Assembly: GCA_028688415.1 (NCBI GenBank)
Contig: JAQTYF010000001.1
Location: 272,627-336,626, forward strand
Direction of reading: 5' to 3'
DNA: 64,000 nt
Origin: Candidatus Moraniibacteriota bacterium
GTDB taxonomy: Bacteria > Patescibacteriota > Minisyncoccia > Moranbacterales > UBA1568
Numbering within the stretch: position 1 is the stretch's first letter; the number at the start of each line of letters is the position of its first letter. This document shows, one piece after another, positions 8,663 through 18,630 of the stretch. A program made the position numbers and the translations under genes. A model generated the notes under the pieces. That model was not told where the DNA came from. It was given only the letters and a program-made list of their open reading frames with translations, and ran no database searches.

Positions 8663-10402
8663 CTATTCGTCAAGAAGATCTTTCCATGAATGCATGTTTC
8701 TAATAGTTTCAGCTTGCCTTGTTTTCTGTGCTTCTATTTTTGAATCAATGCTGTAGAGGATGTTAATTTTTGGTTTCAAATAGATGACATTCATAATTCC
8801 AAAAGATTTAATTTCCATAACATCAAATAAATCAATAAATTGGGACAGGTCATTCTTTTTTTTATCCGTACTCATCTGTATTGAAAAATATTCCCCGTCT
8901 CTAGATAGTTGTTTCTTATCGAACTTGTTGAGGTAGTCGTATCCTTTTCCTTGAAGGAATATCCAATATGTCGGTTCATACTCAGATTCTGATGAAATGA
9001 AAATTTTTGCATCTTTATTCGGGACTTTCTGCTCTATATAATCTGTAATTTTCTGGTGTATGAAGAATGGGGTTCTATAATAATTCGGAAAAACATCCTC
9101 AGTTTCAACTTCGATCATTATTTCTTCTGAATTATTGAGTTGTAAGAAACTATCTGAAATTTTTGTTAAGTTTATTCCTACAATCAATAGCGTAGCAATA
9201 ATAACAAGAGCACCGTTCAATATTTTCTTTTTGAAGTTTATTTGTTCAAATATCAGCCCTAAAAATATAAATGCAAGGGGGGCAAGTACGAGATAAAATC
9301 TTGGATATATGTAGAGTTTTTTTAATGTTAGAGATATAAAATAAAGACTTCCAATGAATAGCCACAGTCCAGAAATTATCAAAAAGTCTTTCTGTATAGA
9401 TCTTTTTTTAATAAAAAAATTCCACACAATAAGCAAAATCGAAATCATGTAAAAAAGTAACGCAGAGAGTCTCCAGAAGAAATCTTCTTTACATGTTTTG
9501 CAAAACAGCCCAAGCGAATATCCATTTGGTCTACTTGTATTTATTCTATCTTCACCCGTTAGGATAAGAAAAAATTCTCCCGAATTATATCGGAAATTCT
9601 GTACTATTTTTTCAGAAATATTCTTTTTTTCTTTACTTGATCCAGAAATTTTTTCAATAAATAATTTTGAATTAGACCAATCATATTTAATTTCATGTAC
9701 GATGAGAGGGGAGTAAATAAGAACTGAAAATAAAATCGCATATATTACCGTTCTTAATGGGAAATGAGGACGTTTAATCAAGAGAAAAAGGATATATGTT
9801 GGAACTATTATAAATAATCCATTGAAGTGCAGTTGACTTATTATTGAGAGAAGTACCAATGAAAGTATAAAAAAAATATTTCGATTTTTCTCTTCTACAG
9901 AAATACTCCTCAATAATAAATAAAACATTGCTAAAATAAAAAATGGCAAGACATTTGGGTTCCAAGAAAAACGAGCGTATTGGATCATGTAAAACGAAGT
10001 GGAATAGAGAGCTAATAGTGACAATGATATGAGGTGAGAAAAATATATACGTGCAAAAACGAAAAATAACGGCAAGGATGCAAGCGCAAGGATAAGGTTG
10101 GGCATCGCATGTCCTGATGGCGTATTTGCAAAAATTCTTCCACCAAGGTATTCAATGTAGTAATATGCTGGTCCTATACGCAGTTCCTCTGCCCCAGCTC
10201 TTGGTCCAAGGAGTTTTAAGTTCCCAATTCCACTTTGGACTGCTGGCGATGTAATGAGAAAATCATCGACCTGATCTGTCTCAAAATGAAGCCAATCTCC
10301 GAAATGATAGGTGCGTAAAAAAAATCCTATACCAAAAATAATAATCAGTGCGATATGAAATTTTCTTTTTTTACCAAACTCAATAATTTCTTTTGAAGTC
10401 AT
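8663..10402 (-). CDS. ArnT/PMT-like GT-C membrane glycosyltransferase (AT-rich copy)
   Basis: DWLHFETDQ, LGP, GPAYYY, ARFSWNPN, QLHF; multi-TM. Confidence 0.82.
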   Translation of the reverse strand: MTSKEIIEFGKKRKFHIALIIIFGIGFFLRTYHFGDWLHFETDQVDDFLITSPAVQSGIGNLKLLGPRAGAEELRIGPAYYYIEYLGGRIFANTPSGHAMPNLILALASLPLFFVFARIYFSHLISLSLLALYSTSFYMIQYARFSWNPNVLPFFILAMFYLLLRSISVEEKNRNIFFILSLVLLSIISQLHFNGLFIIVPTYILFLLIKRPHFPLRTVIYAILFSVLIYSPLIVHEIKYDWSNSKLFIEKISGSSKEKKNISEKIVQNFRYNSGEFFLILTGEDRINTSRPNGYSLGLFCKTCKEDFFWRLSALLFYMISILLIVWNFFIKKRSIQKDFLIISGLWLFIGSLYFISLTLKKLYIYPRFYLVLAPLAFIFLGLIFEQINFKKKILNGALVIIATLLIVGINLTKISDSFLQLNNSEEIMIEVETEDVFPNYYRTPFFIHQKITDYIEQKVPNKDAKIFISSESEYEPTYWIFLQGKGYDYLNKFDKKQLSRDGEYFSIQMSTDKKKNDLSQFIDLFDVMEIKSFGIMNVIYLKPKINILYSIDSKIEAQKTRQAETIRNMHSWKDLLDE

Positions 10403-10464
10403 ATACTGTGATTTGATCGCTTTAAATATCTACTTCGAGAAATCTATCATAGCTACGCCTTCTG

Positions 10465-12735
10465 TTATTGTTCAAAACGAAATACTTTGACAAATTGCGA
10501 GGGTCGATTGTTGATATCGATTTCAAAAATTGGATTTTTCTTCGTGTAGTATTGGTCGAAACGGATGAGACCTGGTTCGTTTGTTATGATATCACCACTC
10601 ATCATCTTGGTCGTGCGACTCTGCCGACCCGAAGAAACAACAATGTAATCAAGCCCTTCTGTGTGGAGTCGGTCATAATTGAGACTGCTCATACAGCGAC
10701 CAATGAAGAATTTGCAAACACCCTCCTTGTCGGTCCAGATAAGCATATTTTCAGCTTTGGGGAGTGTATTCAAATATCTGGCGACTTCATAGCTTCCTGC
10801 ACCCATATCTTTCATATCCGTACTATACTTGTTCGGGAGGAACATTGATGCGTAACTGAGAGAGAACGGTGTTGTGAAAAGTGTCAGTCCTCCGAAGAAA
10901 AGAACAAAGGATGCGATGAAAACTGGTGTCGGCATTTCTTTCACAGAGAATCGCTTGTGGATGAGGATGAGGAAATGCTCGAGTGTGATACCCGCAATGA
11001 TCGCCACGAGAGGGAAAATAATGATCTGATAACGGACGATAGCGGCGACGTGGTTGACAGTCGTACCGAAATAATAGAGTAAGACAAAAATGATGAGATA
11101 AAAAGAGGTGCGGAGAGCGACGGATTCTGTCCACTGTTTTTTCAGAAAAAAGAGTGGGGCAATGAGTAATGAAAGAAAAACAATCGGCGTGACACCAAAA
11201 ATCATCGGGTAAAAATTCGTCAAAAAGGCACCAATAAGGTCACTTTTCCCAGAAATGGTCTTGGGTGAAGCGAGGAGATCCATAAAAGGGTAAAGCGTCA
11301 TACCAGACCAGGTGTTCCAGAGGGTAGCAATGACAGAGAGGAAAAAAATTCCGCCGATGAAAAGTGCGAGTTCGTGTCTGATTCTTTTCAAGAAATCAAG
11401 AATGATACTGGTAAAACGAGATTTATTCAGCCATTGGTCGATCAGGATGAGAGCAATAAGAACGAGAAAAATAGGTGCAACTTTTTCGAAGGCCTGACTG
11501 AAGAGGGTCGAGGTGAGGAGTTTGCTTGGCTTGACCCAGACAGCAGGGAAGAGAATGAAGAAAGTAGTCAATGCTGAGAAGGTAAGAAGAGCAAAGTGAC
11601 TGAGTGATTTCTTCAGGTACATGGCAAAGGGGATGAGAGTGTTTTTGGGATGATAGAGATAGTCGAGGAAGATGAGCCCAAGGAAAAAAACAAAGAGGAT
11701 ATTGGCGACGTATTTGGTGAGGAGTGCGAGACCGAGGAAGATGCCAGAAAAGATGAGGTAACGAAAAGACCCTCGTTTCAGGAAGACGAAATAGGAGAGG
11801 AGAGACAGTGGAGAGAAAACCCAGAGAAGCGAATCAGGATTCACTATTTTGGTCATCCCGACCAGAATAGGAGAAAGGGCGATGAAAACAAAACTAAAAA
11901 GTGCTCGTCTCCTCCCGAGGAGTCGCTCGAGAAAGAAATAAAAGAAGGGTAACATCAGTGTGACGAATAGGAGAATAGGGAAACGGAATGCGAAATAATA
12001 ACTCTCGACACCTTTTTTGAGGTTGAATACTTCGCCTTCTGAATGAATGGTTTTGTATTCATTGGTAGATTTGAAAAGTGTGCCTGGTCCTGTAACGAGA
12101 GCTACAGTGATGCCTGGTTTGTCACTGATACCAGTACCTCTCCAGTCTCGTTCACCGATATTTTTCCAGTATTTAGCGATACGACCGTCGATCCAGAGCG
12201 GTTCATCGACTGCTGCGTACTGTGTCAATCGAGACAAACCGAAAACAAAAAACATCCCTGTAGCGATGATTATGAGAAGAAGTATTGGTAATCCTTGGGC
12301 AATGAACCATTGCTTGCACGAGAGAGCCTCTGTATCTCTGTCAGTACATGAAGAGTGTTCTTTGTTGATAAAAAAGGTAGATATCAGTATACCTGAAAGG
12401 ATGCCATACGTACCGAGAGCAATATCGAATATATAATGGAAAGAACGTGACGTATTCATCCCGTAGAGAAGTGTCAGTACACCAGGAAGCCAGATAAGGA
12501 GAAAGGTAGTGAGTTGCTTCTTCCAATCGAGTTGAGAAGAAAAGTAAGCAATACCTCCAAGAGAAAGCACTGTCAAAGCTACGAAGCCGAAATAGAATGG
12601 ATCATTGTTGGTAAAAAAAGAAAACGATATATTTTTTTTGGATTGCGCGATGATGAAGAGAAACATCCAGAATGCGCAGAGCGCAGATACACTACTGTAG
12701 AAACGATTTTCTCTGCCATTGAAAAGAGTGTACAT
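10465..12735 (-). CDS. ArnT/PMT-like GT-C membrane glycosyltransferase
   Basis: VDEPLW loop motif, DKPG, NPD, GLALLTK; many TM segments. Confidence 0.8.
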   Translation of the reverse strand: MYTLFNGRENRFYSSVSALCAFWMFLFIIAQSKKNISFSFFTNNDPFYFGFVALTVLSLGGIAYFSSQLDWKKQLTTFLLIWLPGVLTLLYGMNTSRSFHYIFDIALGTYGILSGILISTFFINKEHSSCTDRDTEALSCKQWFIAQGLPILLLIIIATGMFFVFGLSRLTQYAAVDEPLWIDGRIAKYWKNIGERDWRGTGISDKPGITVALVTGPGTLFKSTNEYKTIHSEGEVFNLKKGVESYYFAFRFPILLFVTLMLPFFYFFLERLLGRRRALFSFVFIALSPILVGMTKIVNPDSLLWVFSPLSLLSYFVFLKRGSFRYLIFSGIFLGLALLTKYVANILFVFFLGLIFLDYLYHPKNTLIPFAMYLKKSLSHFALLTFSALTTFFILFPAVWVKPSKLLTSTLFSQAFEKVAPIFLVLIALILIDQWLNKSRFTSIILDFLKRIRHELALFIGGIFFLSVIATLWNTWSGMTLYPFMDLLASPKTISGKSDLIGAFLTNFYPMIFGVTPIVFLSLLIAPLFFLKKQWTESVALRTSFYLIIFVLLYYFGTTVNHVAAIVRYQIIIFPLVAIIAGITLEHFLILIHKRFSVKEMPTPVFIASFVLFFGGLTLFTTPFSLSYASMFLPNKYSTDMKDMGAGSYEVARYLNTLPKAENMLIWTDKEGVCKFFIGRCMSSLNYDRLHTEGLDYIVVSSGRQSRTTKMMSGDIITNEPGLIRFDQYYTKKNPIFEIDINNRPSQFVKVFRFEQ

Positions 12736-12837
12736 AAGAGTTTTTCACGTTTGCTTTGAGATTTAAAATGGTTTAAAATAGAAGAAAGAACTCTCGCATC
12801 CTAGCATAAATCAGGGAGAATAGAAAGTGCACTTGAT

Positions 12838-14625
12838 ATGTTCCATTTTTCATCAAAACAGTGGGTAGTGGTTGGGCTTGTGGTTATTATGTCACTGGGA
12901 TTTTTCTTGCGTGCGTATCATTTCTCGGACTGGTTACATTTTGAGCTTGATCAGGCTCGTGATTCCCGTGTCATCGACGATGCGCTCTCTGGCGGGCCCG
13001 GAGAACTTACTCTTCTCGGACCAAAAGCTGGCGGTACGTCACTTCGTTTGGCACCAGGATTCTATTATCTAGAGTATGTAAGTGCGCTCCTATTCGGTGG
13101 AACACCTGACGGTATGGCAGTTTTTGTGATGGTATTTTCTATTCTTTCATTACCGATCTTTTATCTCTTCATTCGGAGATTTTTTGTATGGAGAATAGCA
13201 CTCGGACTCACGCTTCTTTTTTCTGTGTCAGCATACGCCGTGATGTATGGACGTTTCGCATGGAATCCGAATCTCATCCCGTTCTTTGTCTTGCTCGGAT
13301 TCTATGCCCTCTTACGGTCAGTCGATCCTGAAGAATTACGGAGGGACAGGTGGTTTCTTGTTTCAGTGTTTTCACTCGCACTGGCAACACATTTTCATTT
13401 TCTTGCATTCCTCGCTCTTCCGATAATTCTCCTTCTTTTCCTCCTCATCAAACGACCAAAATTTACGTGGAAAATATGGCTACTAGCTTTTCTTATACCG
13501 ATTTTCCTTTATATGCCGCTTCTTCTGAATGAAAGAGAAACAGGCGGAATCAATACACAAGAATTCTTCAAAGCGGTGACTGAAAAGTCAGATAATGAGA
13601 AGTATTCATGGCTTGAGAAGGCGATTCGTGACGTATCAGAACATGCACTAGCTGGAATGGTCATCACTACTGGTTTCGAAGGAGGAATGTTTCCGGCAAT
13701 TATCATCCCCGGCGAGAATGAATGGGTGGGACACAATTGTGATAGTCGTTGTGACGAAGGAAAATGGCACGGAGTGGTAGCTGTTTCTGTCTTTCTTCTC
13801 AGTTTGCTCGCTCTCGGATGGTTCTGGTTTAAGAGTATAGAACAAAGAAAAAGTGATTTTCTCCTCTTATCGGGTATATGGTTCGGTGTGACATTCGTAT
13901 TATTCTTACCTCTAGCATATGATATTGCTCCGAGGTTTTTCCTCCTTTCTCTTCCTCTCTTCTTTATCCTTCTTGGTCTTTTCCTCTTTGCTGTGAGAAT
14001 AATTTTTAGAGAAAATAGAATTATTCGGAAAATAACCTGGTTTGTACTCCTGCTCTTTGTTTTACTGAACACATCTTTTTTGTTCGAACGTTTTGATGAA
14101 CTGAGACAAGCTGGTACTGTCGCTATCGATAGTCCTCCAGATCGTATTTTGAAAGAACGCATCAGGGTAACATTGGAGCAACAAAATGCCATTGTTACTT
14201 TTCTTGGAGAACGTTCAGAAGAAAATGGCTATCCTGTCTATATGTGGAGCGAGCCCCAGTACCGTCGCGCACTCAAGTATCTGATGGAAAAACGAGGGAT
14301 AGAGAATGCGGTTCTAGGATTTGATGGAATCTATCGAGAGGGTGTTTATTATCTCATCTTACGCGCTCAGTCCGACCTCGAGGATGCTTTGAAAAAATAC
14401 AGGGTACACTATATCATCGGTGACACAACATCTTTCGGAACACTTGTCGCTATCGAACTCACACCGAAACCAGAATCTATCGAGAAAGAACGTCAGGATT
14501 TCTCAAAAACAGAAACAGTAGAAGTTAAAGCATCGCCCCGGTATACCTGGCGAGAACTCTGGGAGAGGAACTCTTCTCAATTACAGAGTACAGAGGAAGA
14601 TAGAGAGGATACAGAAGATAATTAA
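12838..14625 (+). CDS. ArnT/PMT-like GT-C membrane glycosyltransferase
   Basis: DWLHFELDQARD, LLGP, RFAWNPN, THFH; paralog of 8663-10402. Confidence 0.82.
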   Translation: MFHFSSKQWVVVGLVVIMSLGFFLRAYHFSDWLHFELDQARDSRVIDDALSGGPGELTLLGPKAGGTSLRLAPGFYYLEYVSALLFGGTPDGMAVFVMVFSILSLPIFYLFIRRFFVWRIALGLTLLFSVSAYAVMYGRFAWNPNLIPFFVLLGFYALLRSVDPEELRRDRWFLVSVFSLALATHFHFLAFLALPIILLLFLLIKRPKFTWKIWLLAFLIPIFLYMPLLLNERETGGINTQEFFKAVTEKSDNEKYSWLEKAIRDVSEHALAGMVITTGFEGGMFPAIIIPGENEWVGHNCDSRCDEGKWHGVVAVSVFLLSLLALGWFWFKSIEQRKSDFLLLSGIWFGVTFVLFLPLAYDIAPRFFLLSLPLFFILLGLFLFAVRIIFRENRIIRKITWFVLLLFVLLNTSFLFERFDELRQAGTVAIDSPPDRILKERIRVTLEQQNAIVTFLGERSEENGYPVYMWSEPQYRRALKYLMEKRGIENAVLGFDGIYREGVYYLILRAQSDLEDALKKYRVHYIIGDTTSFGTLVAIELTPKPESIEKERQDFSKTETVEVKASPRYTWRELWERNSSQLQSTEEDREDTEDN

Positions 14626-14644
14626 TATAAAGAACACATATCCT

Positions 14645-16168
14645 ATGAGCTGGAAAAGTACGCTGAAGATTCTCATACTGATTCTCGTACTGGGCACTGC
14701 CGTACGTCTCTATAATCTCGATCAGAATTCATTCGTATCGGACGAGTTTCTCGATATGAATTCTTCGTATGGCTACACACAAACAGGAGAATGGAAAGCG
14801 TGGGATTTCAATTTCGGCAAAGTATCAGAAGTGAACAAAAACGTCCCACGTGATGAACGGGCAACCATCTACAAATGGCAAGTGGCGCAAGTGTTTCATC
14901 TCCTTGCACCGACAGAGAAGAATGCAAGGCTTGTGAGTGTCCTCTGGGGAGTCATTTCAATGGGCGTTATTTTCTGGTCTGCGTACGTTTTTACCAAACG
15001 GAAAGAAATCGGCCTTATCGCATCACTTCTTTTTGCGTTTTCGATGAGCGGTATCATATTCGATCGGACACTGCGTATGTACGCGATGTTCCTCCCAATG
15101 TATCTCGCTACTTCGACGTTTGCTTTCCTCGCACTAGAGAAAGAGTATCTCGGGAAAGTTTCTTTCTTCCGTCTCCTCTGGAAAAAATATGGTATCAATG
15201 CACCGTATATTCTTCTCGCTGGAATATTTTTTGTGCTTTCTCTTCTGACACATCAATTGACAGGGACATTCGTATTCTTCATCGCTGTGTATCTCGCAGT
15301 GAGGGCATTTCAAGAATGGAGACAGAGGAATGGATTGGTGAATAAATATGCTCTTCTATTCGGTTCTTTCGTCATCGCGCTTTTCCTTGTCGCAATTTTC
15401 TTGCCAAAATTCTTTCAATCGTATGCTGCTGGTCTCTTTTTCTTCGAGAATAACTATGGATATGTGAAATATATCTTAAGAGAATATTATCATCCGTTGC
15501 TTGGTGTAATTCTTCTCGGATTTGGATCATGGTGGCTCGCCAAACGTGAAAAATTGACGAAAGAGTCACTTTGGCTCACGCTTTCTCTCCTTATACCGCT
15601 CTCTATGGCGATATGGCTGTGGCGACGGAATATGGGTGCGCAGTATATCTATTTCGCGGAATCATTCGCCGGTATTCTGACAGCCGTCGGCATTTTCGGT
15701 CTCTGGAGATTGATGAGTGAGAAATATACTCTCACGACCAAGAGATCACTTCTTTTGTTGTCCCTCGTTATTGTACTCGTACCAAATTTCGGATACTTCT
15801 TCCTCGAGAACAATACGTATCACGAAACATCATCAGGAAGCAATCCGAACTATCGAAAAGTGCTCACCTATTTTAAGAAAAATCAGCTCGCTACTGATGT
15901 CCTCGTGACGCGCAATATGCGGAATTACTATTTTGCAGGTGCCAAGGTACCAGTATATGATCTTGGCGATGAGATTTCCAAAACGAAACTTTCACAACAA
16001 GATATAGAGAAACTGATGACAGAATACAAAACTGGATGGATCATCCTCTCTGATAATGACTATGATTACGTCGCCAAAGGTATGAAAGAATATTTCGCAA
16101 AAAATCTTGTGAAAGTGAGCAATGATCAGGTGCGTGGTTCTATTGATGTTTTTACTTGGGGACGATAA
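14645..16168 (+). CDS. GT-C (family 39-like) membrane glycosyltransferase
   Basis: RLYNL...SDE motif after TM1, ARLVS, RMYA, LLTH. Confidence 0.8.
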   Translation: MSWKSTLKILILILVLGTAVRLYNLDQNSFVSDEFLDMNSSYGYTQTGEWKAWDFNFGKVSEVNKNVPRDERATIYKWQVAQVFHLLAPTEKNARLVSVLWGVISMGVIFWSAYVFTKRKEIGLIASLLFAFSMSGIIFDRTLRMYAMFLPMYLATSTFAFLALEKEYLGKVSFFRLLWKKYGINAPYILLAGIFFVLSLLTHQLTGTFVFFIAVYLAVRAFQEWRQRNGLVNKYALLFGSFVIALFLVAIFLPKFFQSYAAGLFFFENNYGYVKYILREYYHPLLGVILLGFGSWWLAKREKLTKESLWLTLSLLIPLSMAIWLWRRNMGAQYIYFAESFAGILTAVGIFGLWRLMSEKYTLTTKRSLLLLSLVIVLVPNFGYFFLENNTYHETSSGSNPNYRKVLTYFKKNQLATDVLVTRNMRNYYFAGAKVPVYDLGDEISKTKLSQQDIEKLMTEYKTGWIILSDNDYDYVAKGMKEYFAKNLVKVSNDQVRGSIDVFTWGR

Positions 16169-16182
16169 GATTTCCTCGAAAG

Positions 16183-16211
16183 AAAAACCAGCAGTATTAT
16201 TGCTGGTTTTT
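16183..16211. terminator. Bidirectional intrinsic terminator
   Basis: aaaaaccagca-gtattat-tgctggttttt between convergent genes. Confidence 0.8.
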
Positions 16212-16229
16212 TGTTTGAGACAGATATCT

Positions 16230-17714
16230 TTAAGAAAGCCCTAGTATTTTTCGGAAAGGCTGTAAATCTTCATTGGTGAGTACTTTACAAAGTCTGAGAA
16301 AGAGGAAGTAAGCAAAAAAGAGAATGGTTCCAGAGAGAAGGAAACTATAAGTACCATGAGGAAGAGCGTGACTGGCAAGAGAGATAAGTATAGCCCCGAT
16401 ATGAGAGAAGAAAAGAGTATGAAAAGAGAGTTTCGTGTGAAAATGTATCTTGGTATAGACAAGAATACTGACCATCAGAAAAAGAGAAACAAGAGTGGTT
16501 GAAAGAGATGCTCCGATAAGTCCAAACGTCGGTATAAGAAGAAAATTGAGTACGATCATACCGAGGAATCCGAAGAAAGCCAGCTTCATCGGAATTTTCA
16601 CGAGACCGGCACCATTCAAAGCGAAAGAAAGAACATAGAAAACTGTGAGGAATCCGACACCAATAGTGAAAATACTCATCGGAACCACTGCTTCGAGATA
16701 CTCTCTACCATAAAAAAGAGTGAGTATCTGCGTCGCATACGCAATGAGAAGCGTAATCATCGGGAACAAGAGGAATATGAGAAGACGCATCGATTTATTG
16801 ACGAGATTCTCTGTTTCTACGGTATCACGCTCGGCGGTTGTTTTGGAAATAGCCGGGAGAAGGATGATCGTCAGTGCATAGAAGAGATAGTATGGTATAC
16901 GTCCGACGGTAATGGCGGCATTGTATATACCGGTGAGGTAATCACTTTGGAGGAGGCTTTTGACAAAATAGAGATCAAACGTGAGAATAAATTCATAAAA
17001 AAGAAGGAATAAGGTAAGGGGACCGGCGTAGGCAAGAATGGTTCTTCCGGAAAAAGCAACCACCTCATCTTTCGTTTGTTTTGTTGAAGGAAAGTAGCGA
17101 TGAGTGATGACGATATCACATACGAGAGCAATCAGGAAAATAAAAAGTGGGGCAGCGATGTAGCCCGAAACAGCACCCTCTACACCAAAACCTTTGGGCG
17201 TGAAAATAAAAGCAAAACCGATAATAAAAAGAATACGACCGAGAGCACGCATAGTTTTGAGGAATGCTTGCAAACGAAAGAAATGAAGTCCGGTGTAATA
17301 ATAGAAATAAAATGACGCTGCAGCAAAAGCAGGAATGATGAGTGAGGACAATTGGAAGAGTGGAGTGAGTGTGACATCGTGAAGTGCCCAGGCGATGAGA
17401 GGTGACACAAAGAAAAACACCGCGGTCACAGACAGCATCAGTATCGCCTGAAGCTTCATCGCTTTGTATTTGATCCCGAGAATTTTTTCTGGGGCACTCT
17501 CGAAAATCTCTGCCAGATATTTCGACATCGCCGTCGGGATACCATTGCCGATGAGTATAATAACCATCGTGGTCAAAGTGACGATGAGACTGAAGCGACC
17601 ATAGTCAGTCGGGCCCAGAATGCGTCCGACAGAAGAATGAATGATGTAGCCTGCGATATTGAAAATGATTTCTGACATCGTGAGCCAGATGAGTGCGGTA
17701 GAGAATTTTTTCAT
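16230..17714 (-). CDS. Oligosaccharide flippase (Wzx/MOP family)
   Basis: RILGPTDYG, GIPTAMSKY, GIYNAA, LIPTFGLIGA; highly hydrophobic; start set at MKKFST. Confidence 0.88.
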   Translation of the reverse strand: MKKFSTALIWLTMSEIIFNIAGYIIHSSVGRILGPTDYGRFSLIVTLTTMVIILIGNGIPTAMSKYLAEIFESAPEKILGIKYKAMKLQAILMLSVTAVFFFVSPLIAWALHDVTLTPLFQLSSLIIPAFAAASFYFYYYTGLHFFRLQAFLKTMRALGRILFIIGFAFIFTPKGFGVEGAVSGYIAAPLFIFLIALVCDIVITHRYFPSTKQTKDEVVAFSGRTILAYAGPLTLFLLFYEFILTFDLYFVKSLLQSDYLTGIYNAAITVGRIPYYLFYALTIILLPAISKTTAERDTVETENLVNKSMRLLIFLLFPMITLLIAYATQILTLFYGREYLEAVVPMSIFTIGVGFLTVFYVLSFALNGAGLVKIPMKLAFFGFLGMIVLNFLLIPTFGLIGASLSTTLVSLFLMVSILVYTKIHFHTKLSFHTLFFSHIGAILISLASHALPHGTYSFLLSGTILFFAYFLFLRLCKVLTNEDLQPFRKILGLS

Positions 17715-17769
17715 AATTGTTTTATGTAAGTATAACAATAGATTTGTTTCTCAAATTTTTTATAATCCC

Positions 17770-17893
17770 GATTGCTGTCCGAACTTTTCACGACTCATCA
17801 GAGAGAAAATCGTTGAGCCTCCTCGAGACAAGCTCGACTCTCAACGACTTTTCTTGCTCCGATTTCATTGTGAAAGTTACCGGTGCAGCAATC
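17770..17893. repeat. 124 bp imperfect long palindrome in intergenic space
   Basis: Nested arms gattgctg/cagcaatc, aacttttcac/gtgaaagtt, tcgttgag/ctcaacga, tcgag/ctcga. Confidence 0.8.
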
Positions 17894-17940
17894 AATGGCT
17901 TTTAAAAAACCTGGGGAACAAATCTCTACGGAATATCTTC

Positions 17941-18591
17941 TTATATTTTATTCAAAATTTCTTGGAAAATTGTTTGCTGGTCTCTATCGGCATCGATAAC
18001 CGTCATATTCCAGAGAGAAATTTTTTCTTTGAAAAGGTTTTGTTTTGTTCGGAGATATTCTCGTCCTTGTTCTGGTGGATTTTCACGAGACATGATGCGT
18101 TCTGGAGCAACATCAAAATAGAATGCCTTGTCTGGGTGAGGTAAGAGATATTTTACACACCATGTCATCCCCGTGTAGACAGGGATCCAGAAGAGGGTAG
18201 CAAGAAGAGATTCCCGCCTCCGTGGGAATGACACTTCCAGAAGATACTCCACATTAATAAGAGAATCATAGAAATATCGATCCGAGAGGAGATAGTCACA
18301 ATTCTCTTTTTTCAATCTTCGCATAAGAAAACGAAAACGTAAGATATCGAGAAAAAGAAATTTCTGACGCACGATAAGAGAAAACCATGATGTATTTGTC
18401 ACTGCTTTTTCTTTCCCTGCTTCAAACGTCTTCTGTCCCTTGAAAAAACGAGCTATCTTGTTTGCGAGGGAGAATTCGACAGCATGAAAATACGCTACGT
18501 TCCAATTCTCGCGTTCGAGTTTCTCTCGGAGGAGTTTCAGTTGTGTGGATTTCCCTGATCCGTCCACTCCGGACAATGTGATACACTTCAT
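17941..18591 (-). CDS. Thymidylate-kinase-like P-loop kinase
   Basis: SGVDGSGKSTQ Walker A, LSDRYFYDS, PD.AFYFDV, IDA; start reset to MKCIT. Confidence 0.8.
   Translation of the reverse strand: MKCITLSGVDGSGKSTQLKLLREKLERENWNVAYFHAVEFSLANKIARFFKGQKTFEAGKEKAVTNTSWFSLIVRQKFLFLDILRFRFLMRRLKKENCDYLLSDRYFYDSLINVEYLLEVSFPRRRESLLATLFWIPVYTGMTWCVKYLLPHPDKAFYFDVAPERIMSRENPPEQGREYLRTKQNLFKEKISLWNMTVIDADRDQQTIFQEILNKI
18163..18233. repeat. Inverted doublet of dRS3/REP-like palindromes in-frame in the kinase gene
   Basis: tgtcatccccgtgtagacagggatccag ... gattcccgcctccgtgggaatgaca; translates as SFPRRRES...WIPVYTGMT. Confidence 0.85.
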
Positions 18592-18630
18592 ATACCGAAG
18601 AGTAGCAAAAAGTGCTATTCTAGGCAATGT

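Noticed and set aside
17659-18144. Plus-strand ORFs across the flippase-kinase gap
   Set aside because: Overlap real genes antisense and span a palindrome; no protein motifs
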